Below are positions 31,614 to 45,400 of a stretch of DNA of 64,000 nucleotides, in pieces; position 1 is the stretch's first letter, and the number at the start of each line of letters is the position of its first letter. A program made the translations under genes and the position numbers. The DNA comes from Macrostomum lignano (taxonomy: Eukaryota). The stretch is taken from assembly GCA_002269645.1 (NCBI GenBank), contig NIVC01003895.1:7018-71017 (forward strand), written 5' to 3'. Under the pieces are notes generated by a model, which made no database searches, was not told the origin of the DNA, and saw only the letters and a list, made by a program, of their open reading frames with translations.

Positions 31614-32839
31614 ATGAATATGCTTGCTTTGGCAATATTGATCGTTGGCTCGAGTTGCACTTCGGCATCCATCGTGGGTCTCGCCGACTACGACAGACTG
31701 GACGCCTGTCCACTTGACGACCTGCCCGTTGATGGAGTACGGAAGCTGGATCCTCATCAACTGCCTGACCGAAGCATTGCTGGCTGCGTGCTGAGCTGCC
31801 ACACAACAGAGAGCTGTGCAGCTGCCAGCATGGTCGCTGAGCATCGCTGGTGTCTGCTGGCGACTGCCGAGGCCTTCCTCACTGCATGGCTGCACGGACA
31901 CGGCCAGTGCGACTCGTTTGTGAACAGGCGGAGGCTGGCAAAGTTCCAGCAGGGTGAGAAGTCATGAGTGACTGCAGTTGTGCCCAGTTCATTCACTGGC
32001 GAGTCCATGCAGGCATCGATGTGCTCATATCGCTATATCGTTATCGAATTGCAGCTCACACGACCGACCTGCCCAGCAGCATCGCGGTGAGCTCGCTGCG
32101 GATTCTGTACCACTTCCGTGTGGGCTCGTTCAACCTGGCGCCTGTGCACCGGAATCCGCACACTCCGGTGCTCGTGTCGGCTGTGCTCAACCGGTCTGCG
32201 GGCGCGTTCGTGACGGGAGAGTCTGGCTCCTTCATCGGTGTGAGCACGGCCGACGGAATCGAGGACCTGTTTGTGCCCAAGCCCAACGTGACCGTGTTCA
32301 TGCGAGCCAAGTTCGACTTCAATGGAGAGTGAGTAAGTATTTACGAATAGCGCTTTTTAATCTTTTTACAACTAACGTATTTCATTCTTTCTTATTTTCA
32401 GCGAGAATTCTAGTGTAGTTTTTCGCTTTTCAAGATGTCGGAACTTCAGAAAAGGGATGGTAGCCAGACTAAAGAACGATGGCAGCATTGTGTATCGGTA
32501 TGTGGAGCACAGGAATATGCAACTTTTAAGATTTGCCCATTGTAAGGCGACTTCAAACGGACGATTGTCGGACTTGGCTTCACATTTAGAAAACGCGATT
32601 TGCTGCACTACTTCAACAGAAGCCTGGAGCACAAAACTGCTAAAGTATTGAACTCGACACATGAGGGCAGGCGTGGTAATTTCAGGTGCCTCAGTCTTGG
32701 CAACGAACGTCGTAATTCACTTCGCAACTTTAAAGGCTTCATCGAGTGCTTCGCTATTGCCCAAGGTCTGATGAACTTGAAGCAGCTGGATGCTCTTGAT
32801 GACTGGTGCACCGGAAAAAATAGACAGCTGCAGATCTGA
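31614..32839 (+). pseudogene. PAN/Apple + LamG-like paralogue 2, apparent 1-bp frameshift in exon 3
   Basis: Exons 31614-31953, 32055-32328 (274 bp, same as paralogue 1) and 32435-32839 total 1019 bp, one short of in-frame. The frame switches near 32544, and the end FKGFIECFAI...LDDWC matches paralogue 1. Could be a consensus error. Confidence 0.7.
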
Positions 32840-33744
32840 ATACGAGCGTATTAACAAATTTTATCACTTGATGACTTACTATCAATTCTTGATAAACAAG
32901 TTTAATATACTTTAGAGAACTAAAATTAACACTGATTTAACCAATTATAATGTTTTTTATTAATTGTTATTTAAAAATGTTTTTTAAAGTAACGGCTAGG
33001 ATCAGTTATGATCACTTCCTGTAAAGAAGCAAGGTACTGATTGCAACAATTGTGGCCTACAGGCAATCTGCTGTCAATGTCTGTCACCACTCGAAGCAAT
33101 ATGCTCTGTTTGCCATTTGTCAATAGTAAATCTACATTTACCTGCATAGGAATTACAAGAAATGCAAATTTATGCAATTTTCAATGCTTCAATCTTATGC
33201 TGAAATTGATCAGCACGTGGCAGTCTCGAACCATTTATGCAAAGGAAATTCAAGACAAAGCATTTATGCAAAATTAAAAAATATGCTTTTGGCAAAAGCT
33301 GTGCGGTCTAGAGATAAAAAATAACTTGAAGATTTTAATTGGATCCTTGCTAGACATGCGCAGGCAGACAAGCGCTATCTATATGCTTTCTATTTGAGGA
33401 ACAATCAAAATGAGTAAGGTCGACCTGGAGAATGAGGAGGAGGATCAGCCAAACTATTCTCTAATCTTCAAGAAAAATACCACCTGCTGCAAATCGCTCC
33501 TAGGAACAAACGGCTGATAGAATTGGCTTCGATAATTAGTGAATGTGTCAAGAAGGCCGGGTCGCTGGTTATTTTAGACATTATAGCTAGAGTAGTATTG
33601 CAGCTTTTATTGCGTGGTTACATGTACTCATATACATGTACGAGGCTCGTAGAACTAAAATAAACAAATGATACAATGTGCATGCAATGTACACGATTAA
33701 GAGCTTACTATGAATATAGCTATTAGCTGAGCAAGAATGGGTGT

Positions 33745-34292
33745 GTGTGACTGCAGCTGTGCCCATGCAGTGTGTGACTGCAGCTGTGCCTATGCAGTGC
33801 GTGACTGCAGCTGTGCCCATGTAGTGCGTGACTGCAGCTGTGCCCATGCAGTGAGTGACTGCAGCTGTGCCCTTGTAGTGCGTGACTGCAGCTGTGCCCA
33901 TGCAGTGCGTGACTGCAGCTGTGCCCATGCAGTGCGTGACTGCAGCTGTGCCCTTGCAGTGCGTGACTGCAGCTGTGCCCATGCAGTGTGTGACTGCAGC
34001 TGTGCCTATGCAGTGTGTGACTGCAGCTGTGCCCTTGCAGTGCGTGACTGCAGCTGTGCCCATGCAGTGTGTGACTGCAGCTGTGCCTATGCAGTGTGTG
34101 ACTGCAGCTGTGCCCATGCAGTGCGTGACTGCAGCTGTGCCCTTGCAGTGCGTGACTGCAGCTGTGCCCATGCAGTGTGTGACTGCAGCTGTGCCTATGC
34201 AGTGTGTGACTGCAGCTGTGCCCATGCAGTGTGTGACTGCAGCTGTGCCCATGCAGTGTGTGACTGCAGCTGTGCCCATGCAGTGCGTGACT
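33745..34292. repeat. 27-bp minisatellite (gtgactgcagctgtgcccatgcagtgt), ~20 units
   Basis: Same family as the PAN-gene intron repeat; ends ~15 bp before the Polinton. Confidence 0.95.
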
Positions 34293-34307
34293 ATTAAGTT
34301 AATAGAC

Positions 34308-34836
34308 AGTAGAATGCATGAGGGGGCTTCTGGGACAAAATTTTTCACGTCCTCCATAATCCACCTAAATCCATCCATATTATCCCTGACAGAATCAGAA
34401 AAAAAGGGGGGTCGCACTTGCTCCGAAAACGTCCTCCATAATCCCATTAAATCCATCCATATTATCCCCGACAGAATCATAAAAAAGGGGGGTCGCACTC
34501 GCTCACAAAACGTCCTCCATAATTCACCTAAATCCATCCATATTATCCCTGACAGAATCATGAAAAAGGGGAGGGGCCGCACTTGCTCCGAAAACTTCGA
34601 ACATAATCCCATTAAATCCATCCATATTATCCCTGACAGAATCAGAGCAGGTGTCCACTGATACCTGTTATGCTCACTGACACTGACATAATCCACTGAC
34701 ATCCACCCATAGCATTTTCGAAACAATAAGAAAATAATCTGCATTCTTCTTCCCACATTCAATTTGCAACGCGAAACCAGATCCCTAAAACTTTAAATCA
34801 TCAGCGCAGGGTCCTTACCCATTGAAAAAAATCTAA
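34308..34836 (+). repeat. Polinton left TIR, outer part (contains ~82-bp subrepeats)
   Basis: Reverse complement of ~62071-62595, differing mostly by homopolymer indels. Confidence 0.95.
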
Positions 34837-37800
34837 TCCTATATACTAAAAATGAGTTGTCTGTGGGTAGGTAGGTAGGTAGGTATGCGATAGATTTCAG
34901 AAAAAATGGCTCAACCGATTTTCTTCAAACTTGCATTATTCGATCAGAAATTTTCCTGGGACGGTACATGCATCTTGGCTAAGAAATTGCTCAATTTTAA
35001 AGGGATTAAATATTCGAAAAACATGCTTTTTTGCAAAGGTCAAGCAGCTCTTTCGACCTGAAATGCATTGTAAGAATGCTAGAGAAAAAACTGACTGACT
35101 GAATTCCGATTGTGATAAAGATTGCATCACAACAAGTTGAAAACAGTACCGAAGAAATGCACACACGACTTGATTTAAATTGCGTAACCATATTGCTAAC
35201 TTAAATTGAGACTGATACTGGCTGACTGAGAAATTGATTATGTCATAACTTTTTACTCCAATTGACTTGCTGTAAGAATTGAATTATAAGGGCCACAATT
35301 CATGTTCTCCAATTGAAAAGAGATAGCCCTGATGCGAACAGACTGGAATGCTAATGTAGCGACCTGGGTTCGAATCATAGTAGTGCAAAAAGATTTTTTT
35401 ATTAAAACACCTTAAAAACACAACAAAACTGCTAAACATCAAAGAAGCGCAATGTCAAACATAGAAGAGCCAACATATCGAACATAAAAGAGTTACCATG
35501 TCAAACATAAAAGAGCTACCATGTCGAACATTAAAGAGCTACCATGTCGAACATTAAAGAGCCACCATGTCAAACATAAAAGAGCCACCATGTCAAACAT
35601 AAAACAGCCACCATTTCGAACATTAAAGAGCCACCATTTCGAACATTAAAGAGCCACCATTTTGAACATTAAAGAGCCACTATGTCAAACAATTAAGAGC
35701 CACCATGTCAAACATAAAAGAGCCAACATGTCAGACATTCAAAAGCCACCGTATCAAACATAAAAGAGTTACCATGTAGAACAAAAAAGATCCACCATGT
35801 CGAACATAAAAGAGCCACCATGTCAAACATAAAGAGCCACCATGTCAAACATTTAGAAGCCACCATGTCAAACATATATGTGACTTTATGTCAAATATTA
35901 AAGAGCCACCATGTGAAACATTAAAGAGCCACCATGTCAAACATTTAAGAGTCACCATGTCAAACCTAAAAGAGCCACCATGTCGAACATAAAAGAGCCA
36001 CAATGTCAAACATTAAAGAGCCACCATTTCAAACCTAAAGGAGCCACCATGTCGAACATTAAAGAGCCACCATGTCGAACATAAAAGAGCCACCATATCA
36101 AACATAAAAGAGTTACCATGTCAAACATTAAAGAGCCACCATGTCAAACATAAAGCAGCCACCATTTCGAAAATTAAGGAGCCACCATTTCGAAAATTAA
36201 GGAGCCACCATGTCGAACATTAAAGAGCCACCATGTCAAACATTTAGGAGCCACCATGTCAAACATATATGTGACTTTATGTCAAATATTAAAGAGCCAC
36301 CATGTGAAACATTAAAGAGCCACCATGTCAAACATTTAAGAGTCACCATGTTAAACCTAAAAGAGCCACCATGTCGAACATAAAAGAACCACAATGTCAA
36401 ACATTAAAGAGCCACCATTTCAAACCTAAAGGAGCCACCATGTCGAACATTAAAGAGCCACCATGTCGAACATAAAAGAGCCACCATATCAAACATAAAA
36501 GAGTTACCATGTCAAACATTAAAGAGCCACCATGTCAAACATAAAGCAGCCACCATTTCGAAAATTAAGGAGCCACCATTTCGAAAATTAAGAAGCCACC
36601 ATGTCGAACATTAAAGAGCCACCTTGTCAAATATTAAAGAGCCACAATGTCAAACATTAAAGAGCCACCATTTCAAACCTAAATGAGCCACCATGTCGAA
36701 CATTAAAGAGCCACCATGTCGAACATAAAAGAGCCACCATGTCGAACATAAAACAGACACCATTAAGAACATTAAAGAGCCACCATGTCGAACATTAAAG
36801 AGCCACCATGTCAAACATTAAAGAGCCACCATGTCAAACATAAAAGAGCCACCATTTCGAAAATTAAGGAGCCACCATTTCGAAAATTAAAGAGCCACCA
36901 TGTTAAACATTAAAGGGCCACCTTGTCAAATATTAAAGAGCCACCATGTCAAACATAAAACAGCCACCATTTCGAAAATTAAAGAGCCACCATGTCGAAC
37001 AATAAAGAGCCACCATGTCAAACATAAAACAGACACCATTAAGAACATTAAAGAGCCACCATGTCGAACATTAAAGAGCCACCATGTCAAACATAAAACA
37101 GCCACCATTTCGAAAATTAAGGAGCCACCATTTCGAAATTTAAAGAGCCACCATGTTAAACATTAAAGGGCCACCTTGTCAAATATTAAAGAGCCACCAT
37201 TTCAAACCCAAAAGAGCGACCATGTCGAACATACAAGAGCCACCATGTCGAACATAAAAGAGCAGCCATGTAGAACATAAAAGAGCCACCATGTCGAACA
37301 TAAAAGAGCCACCATGTCAAACATAAAAAAGCCAGCATGTCAAACATAAAAGAGCCAACATGAAGAACATTAAAGAGCCACCATGTCGACCATTAAAAGA
37401 GCCACCATGTCGAACATACAAGAGCCACCATGTCAAACATTCAAGATATACAATTTCAAATGTAAAGGTATAAAGCGCCATGCTAATTTAAAGGAGCCAC
37501 TATAAAGCTAAGGAAATTGTCGCTCTAGCTACTTTTTGTCTGGTGGATGGTTGCTATTTGGGGGATGCTTGCTTTCTGGGGGATGCTTGCTATCTGGGCG
37601 ATGCTTGCAATTTGGGGGATGCTTGCTATCTGAGGGATGCTTGCTATCTGGTGGATGCTTGCTATCTGAGGGATGCTTGCTATCTGAGTGATGCTTGCTA
37701 TCTGGGGGATGCTTGCTATTTGGAGGATGCTTGCTTTCTGGGGGATGCTTGCTATCTGGGCGATGCTTGCAATTTGGGGGATGCTTGCTATCTGAGGGAT

Positions 37801-38313
37801 GCTTGCTATCTGGTGGATGCTTGCTATCTGAGGGATGCTTGCTATCTGAGTGATGCTTGCTATCTGGGGGATGCTTGCTATCTGAGGGATGCTTGCTATC
37901 TGAGGGATGCTTGCTATTTGGGGTATGCTTGCTATCTGAGGGATGCTTGCTATCTGGGGAATGCTTGCTATCTGGGGAATGTTTGCTATCTGGGGAATGC
38001 TTGCTATCTGGGGGATGCTTGCTATCTGGGGGATGTTTGCTATCTGGGGGATGCTTGCTATCTGGGGGATGCTTGCTATCTGGGGGATGCTTGCTATCTG
38101 GGGGATGCTTGCTATTTGAGGGATGCTTGCTATCTGGGGAATGCTTGCTATCTGGGGGATGCTTGTGGTCTTGGGAAGATTTCTTATTGCAATTCACTTC
38201 ATTTGAGCAGTTTGTCTGGCTCTTTGTGAAGGCTTTTCTGGCTGTCTTTTTGTTACTTGTAGAGAACAGAGATTCTATCCAGATGTCCCCCATCGGGGGG
38301 CGAAGATTGCTAG
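34837..38313 (+). mobile_element. Non-autonomous Helitron, copy A
   Basis: Host A | TCCTATATAC at 34837; hairpin plus CTAG ending 38313; 23-bp and 18-bp arrays. Confidence 0.88.
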
Positions 38314-41300
38314 TCCTATATACTAAAAATGAGTTGTCTGTATGTGGGTATGCGATAGATTTCAGAAAAATTGGCTCAACCGCTTTTCTTCAAACTTGCA
38401 CCATTCGATCAGAAATTTTCCTGGGACGGTACATGCATCTTGGCTAAGAAATTGCTCAATATTAAAGGGATTAAATATTCGAAAAACATGCTTTTTTGCA
38501 AAGGTCAAGAAAAATTTTCGACTTGAAATGCATTGTAAGAATACTAGAGAAAAACCTGACTGACTGAATTTCAATTCTGATAAAGATTACATCATAACAA
38601 GTTGAAAACAGTGCCGAAGAAATGCACACACAACTTGATTTCAATTGCGTAACCATATTGCTAACTTGAATTGAGACTGATACTAGCTGACTGAGAAATT
38701 GAAACTTTTTACTCTAACCGACTTGCTGTAAGAATTAAATTATAAGGGCAACAGTTCATGTTCTCCAATTGAAAAGAGATAGCCATGATGCGAACAGACT
38801 GGACTGCTAATGTAGCGACCTAGGTTCGAATCTTAGTAATGCAAAATAATTTTTTTATCAAAATACACTCAAACACAAAATGCCAAACATAAAGGAAGCG
38901 CGATGTAAAACATTAAAGAGCCAACCATCTAAAACATTAAAAGAGCCACCATGTCGAACATTAAAGAGCCACCATGTCAAAGATAAAAGAACCACCATGT
39001 CAAACATATACGTGACTCCATGTCAAACATATACGTGACTCCATGTCAAATATTAAAGAGCCACCATGTCAAACATAAAAAAACCACTATGTCAAAAATT
39101 AAAGAGCCACCATGTCAAACATTAAAGAGCCACCATGTCGAACATTAAATAGCTACCATGTCAAACATTAAAGAGCTACCATGTCAAACATTAAAGAGCC
39201 ACCATGTCGAACATTAAAGAGCTACTATGTCAAACATTAAAAAGCTACCATGTCAAACATTAAAGAGCCACCATGTCGAACATTAAAGAGCCACCATGTC
39301 AAACATAAAAAAACCACTATGTCAAAAATTAAAGAGCCACCATTTCAAACATTAAAGAGCTACCATGTCAAACATTAAAGAGCCACCATGTCGAACATTA
39401 AAGAGCTACTATGTCAAACATTAAAAAGCTACCATGTCAAACATTAAAGAGCCACCATGTCGAACATTAAAGAGCCACCATGTCAAACATTAAAAGAGCC
39501 ACCATGTCGAACATTAAAGAGCCACCATGTCAAACATATACGTGACTCCATGTCAAACATATACGTGACTCCATGTCAAACATATACGTGACTCCATGTC
39601 AAATATTAAAGAGCCACCATGTCAAACAAAAAGAACCACTATGTCAAGCATTAAAGAGCCACAATTTCGAACATTAAAGAGCTACCATGTCAAACATTAA
39701 AGAGCCACCAGGTCGAACATTAAAGAGCCACCATGTCAAACATTAAAGAGCCACCATGTCAAACATTAAAGAGCAACCATCTCAAAGATAAAAGAACCAC
39801 CATGTCACACATATACGTGACTCCATGTCAAACATTAAAGTGCCACAATGTAAAACATTAAAGGGCTACCATGTCCAACATTTAAGAACCACCATGTTAA
39901 ACATATACGTGACTCCATGTCAAACATATACGTGACTCCATGTCAAACATTAAAGAGCTACCATGTCAAACATAAAAGAACCACTATGTCAAGCATAAAA
40001 GAGCCACCATTTCGAACATTAAATAGCTACCATGTCAAACATTAAAGAGCCACCATGTCGAACATTAAAGAGCCACCATGTCAAAGATAAAAGAACCACC
40101 ATGTCAAACATATACGTGACTCCATGTCAAACATATACGTGACTCCATGTCAAATATTAAAGAGCCACCATGTCAAACATAAAAAAACCACTATGTCAAA
40201 AATTAAAGAGCCACCATTTCAAACATTAAAGAGCTACCATGTCAAACATTAAAGAGCCACCATGTCGAACATTAAAGGGCCGCCATGTCAAACATTAAAT
40301 AGCCACCATGGCGAACATTAAAGAGCCACCATGTCGAACATTAATGAGCCACCATGTCAAACATTAAAAGAGCCACCATGTCGAACATTAAAGAGCCACC
40401 ATGTCAAACATATACGTGACTCCATGTCAAACATATATGTGACTCCATGTCAAACATATACGTGACTCCATGTCAAATGTTAAAGAGCCACCATGTCAAA
40501 CATAAAAGAACCACTATGTCAAGCATTAAAGAGCCACCATGTCAAACATTAAAGAGCCACCATGTCGAACATTAAATAGCTACCATGTCAAACATTAAAG
40601 AGCCACCATGTCAAACATTAAAGAGCAACCATCTCAAAGATAAAAGAACCACCATGTCACACATATACGTGACTCCATGTCAAACATTAAAGAGCCACCA
40701 TCTCAAACATTAAAGGGCTACCATGTCAAACATTTAAGAACCACCATGTTAAACATATACGTGACTCCATGTCAAACATATACGTGACTCCATGTCAAAC
40801 ATTAAAGAGCTACCATGTCAAACATAAAAGAACCACTATGTCAAGCATAAAAGAGCCACCATTTCGAACATTAAATAGCTACCATGTCAAACATTAAAGA
40901 GCCACCATGTCAAACATTAAAGAGCAACCATGTCAAAGATAAAAGAACCACCATGTCAAACATATACGTGACTCCATGTCAAACATATACGTGACTCCAT
41001 GTCACACATATACGTGACTCCATGTCAAACATTAAAGAGCCACCATGTCAATCATTAAAGGGCTACCATGTCACACATTAAACAGCCACCATGTCGAACA
41101 TTAAAGAGCTACCATGTCAAACATTAAATAGCCACCATTTCGAACATTAAAGAGCTACCATGTCAAACATTAAAGAGCCACAATTTCGATTATTAAAGAG
41201 CTACCATCTCAAACATTAAAGAGCCACCATGTCGAACATTAAAGAGCTACCATGTCAAACATTAAAGAGCTACCATGTCAAGCATTAAAGAGTCACCATG

Positions 41301-42491
41301 TCAAACATTAAAGAGCCACCATGTCAAGCATTAAAGAGCCACCATGTCAAACATTAAAGAGCTACCATGTCAAGCATTAAAGAGCCACCATCTCAAAGAT
41401 AAAAGAACCACCATGTTAAAAATATACGTGACTCCATGTCAAACATATCCGTGACTCCATGTCAAACATATCCGTGACTCCATGTCAAACATTAAAGAGC
41501 CACAATTTCGAACATTAAAGAGCTACCATGTCAAACATTAAAGAGCCACCAGGTCGAACATTAAAGAGCCACCATGTCAAACATTAAAGAGCCACCATTT
41601 TGAACATTAAAGAGTCACTATGTCAAACATTAAAGAGCCACTTTGTTGAATATTAAAGAGCCACTATGTCAAACATTAAAGAGCCACCATGTCAAACATT
41701 AAAGAGCCACCATGTCGAACATAAAGGAGCCACCATGTCGAACATAAAGGAGCCACCATGTTGAAATTTAAAGAGCCAACCTGTAAAACATTTAAAAGAT
41801 TCACCATGTCAAACATATAAGACACTTCATTTCAAACATAAAAGAGCCACCATGTCAAACATAAAAGATACACAATTTCAAACGTAAAAGTGAGCGAATT
41901 TTAAAGGAGCCACTATAATACTAAGGAAATTGTCGCACTAGCTACTTATTGTCTGGTGGATGCTTGCTATTTGGGGATGCTATCTATCTGGGGGATGCTT
42001 GCTATTTGGGGATGCTATCTATCTGGGGGATGCTTGCTATCCGGGGGATGCTTGCTATCCGGGGGATGCTTGCTATCTGGGGGATGCTTGCTATCTGGGG
42101 GATGCTTGCTATCTGGGGGATGCTTGCTATCTGGGGATGCTTGCTATCTGGGGGATGCTTGCTATTTGGGTGATGCTTGCTATCTGGGGGATGCTTGCTA
42201 TCTGGGGGATGCTTGCAATCTGGGGGATGCTTGCTATCTGGGGGATGCTTGCTATTTGGGTGATGCTTGCTATCTGGGGGATGCTTGCTATCCGGGGGAT
42301 GCTTGCAATCTGGGGGATGCTTGCTATCTGGGGGATGCTTGCTGTCTTGGGATGATTTCTTTTTGCATTGCACTTCATTTGAGTAGTTTGTCTGTTTTCT
42401 TTGTGAAAGCTTTATTTGGCTATCTTCTTATTACTTGTAGAGAACAGAGATTCTATACAGATGTCCCCCAACGGGGGGCGAAGATTGCTAG
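38314..42491 (+). mobile_element. Non-autonomous Helitron, copy B
   Basis: Exact CTAG|TCCTATA junctions at both ends; distinct array unit variant aaacatatacgtgactccatgtc. Confidence 0.88.
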
Positions 42492-45400
42492 TCCTATATA
42501 CTAAAAATGAAATGTGTGTCTCTGTGAGATAGATTTCAGAAAAAACGGCTTAACCGATTTTCTTCAAACTTGCACCATTCGATCAGAAATTTTCCTGGGA
42601 CGGTACATGCATCTTGGCTAAGAAATTGCTCAATGTTAAAGGGATTAAATATTCGAAAAACATGCTTTTTTGCAAAGGTCAAGCAGCTCTTTCGACCTGA
42701 AATGCATTGTAAGAATGCTAGAGAAAAAACTGACTGACTGAATTCTGATTCTGACAAAGATTGCATCACAACAAGTTGAAAACAGTGCCGAAGAAATGCA
42801 CACACGACTTGAATGAAATTGCGTAACCATATTGGCAACTTAAATTGAGACTGATTCTGGCTGACTGAGAAATTGATTATGTCATAACTTTTTACTCCAA
42901 TTGACTTGCTGTAAGAATTGAATTATAAGGGCCACAATTTATGTTCTCCAATTGAAAAAGATAGCCCAGATGCGAACAGACTGGAATGCTAATGTAGCGA
43001 CTTGGGTTCGAATCTTAGTAGGGCAAAAAAGATTTTTTTTTATTAAAACACCTTAAAAACACAAAACTTCTAAACATAAAAGAAGCGCAATGTCAAACAT
43101 AGAAGAGCCACCATGTCGAACATAAAAGAGCTAACATATCGAATATTAAAGAGCCACCATGTCAAACCTAAACGAGCCACCATGTCTAATATTTAAGAGG
43201 CACCATATAAAACATATAAGTGACTTTATGTCAAACATAAAAGAGCCACCATTTCTAACATTAAACAGCCACCATTTCGAACATTAAAGAGCCACCATGT
43301 CGAAAATAAAAGAGTCACTATTTCGAACATCAAAGAGCCACTATGTCAAACATTTAGGAGCCACTTTTTCGAACATTAAAGAGCCACCATGTCAAACATA
43401 AAAGAGCCAACATGTCAAACATAAAAGAGCCAACATGTCAAACATAAAGAGCCACCATGTCAAACATTTAAGAGCCACCATGTCAAACATATATGTGACT
43501 TTGTGTTAAACATTAAAGAGCCACCATTTCGAACATTAAAGAGCCACCATGTCAAACATGAAAGAGCTATAACATGAAGAATATTAAAGAGCCACCATGT
43601 CGAACATAAAAGAGCTGCCATGTAAAATAACAAAGAGCTACCAAGTTAAACATAAAAGAGCCACCATGTAAAACATTAAAGAGCCACCATGTGAAACATT
43701 AAAGAGCCACATTGTCAAACCTAGAAGAGCCACCATGTCGAACATAACAGAGCTACCATGTCAAACATTAAAGAGCCACCATGTCAAACATTCAAAAGTT
43801 ACATTGTCAAACATTGAAGAGCCACTATGTCAAACATTTAGGAGCCACTTTGTCGAACATTAAAGAGCCAACATGTCAGACATTAAAAAAGCCACCGTAT
43901 CAAATAAAAAGAGTTAACATGTAGAACAAAAAAGAGCCACCATTTCGAACATAAAAGAGCCAACATGTCAAACATAAAGAGCCACCATGTCAAACATTTA
44001 AGAGCCACCATGTCAAACATATATGTGACTTTATGTCAAACATTAAAGAGCCACCATTTCGGACATAACAGAGCTACCATGTAAAACATTAAAGAGCCAC
44101 CATGTCAAACATTAAAGAGCCACCATGTCGAACATAAAAGAGCCACCATGTCAAACCTAAAAGAGCCACCATGTCGAAAATAAAAGAGCCACTATTTCGA
44201 ACATTAAAGAGCCACCATTTCGAACATTAAAGAGCCACCATGTCGACCATAAAAGAGCCACTATTTCGAACATTAAATATCCACCATGTCGAACATAAAA
44301 GAGCCAACATGTCAAACATAAAAGAGCCAACATGTCAAACATAAAGAGCCACCATGTCGAAAATGAAAGAGCCACACCATGGGGGGCCGTAGCCCAGCGG
44401 TAGCGCAGCTGCTCTGGTGTGCCGCGACCCAGGCTCGATTCCAAGTGCAGCCACATTAATTTGGGGCTGGATTGGAATCTTGGCTTGGCTCGCTTGTGCA
44501 ATTAACGGCCTTGAGAGCCAACCCCCCCAAGGCGCAGTGAAGTGTACATGCCTAACAATTGATAAAAGTTAGGGCCGCTGTACACTCCTGTGTGAGTGTG
44601 TGCCTGCGTAACGTATCCGCGCGCTTGTATGCCTGCTCAGGGGAGTCGGCGGAATGGGCAGTAATGCCTCTCGCCGGTTGTGTGCCTATGACGCTTAAAT
44701 TGCGCCAGGGTGCACACAACCCCCCTGCCTCTAAAAAAAAAAAAAATAAAAAAAATAAATAAAAAAAATAAAAAAAAAATAAAAAAAGAGCCACCATGTC
44801 GAAAATGAAAGAGCCACAATTTCGAACATTAAAGAGCCACCATTTCGAACATTAAAGAGCCACCATGTCGACCATAAAAGAGCCACCATGTCAAACATGA
44901 AAGAGCTATAACATGAAGAATATTAAAGAGCCACCATGTCGAACATTAAAGAGCCACCATGTCGAACATTTAAGAGCCACCATGTTAAACCTAAAAGAGC
45001 CACCATGTTAAACCTAAAAGAGCCACCATGTTAAACCTAAAAGAGCCACCATGTTAAACCTAAAAGAGCCACCATGTCAAACCTAAAAGAGCCACCATTT
45101 CGAACATATAAGTGACTTTATGTCAAACATTAAAGAGCCACCATGTCAAACATTAAAGAGCCACCATGTAAAACAAAAGAGCCACCATTTCGAACATTAA
45201 AGAGCCACCATGTCAAACATTTAAGAGCCACCATGTTAAACATAAAAGAGCCACTATGTTGAACATTAAACAGCCATCATGTCAAACCTAAAAGATCCAC
45301 AATTTCGAACACTTAAGAGCCACAATGTAGAATATTAAAGAGCTACCATGTCAAACATTTAAGAGCCACCATGTCAAACATTTAAGAGCCACCACGTAAA

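Noticed and set aside
34837-34855. TAAAAATG in the Helitron 5' end as related to Polinton start motifs
   Set aside because: Short AT-rich motif typical of invertebrate Helitron 5' ends, and no ORF follows.
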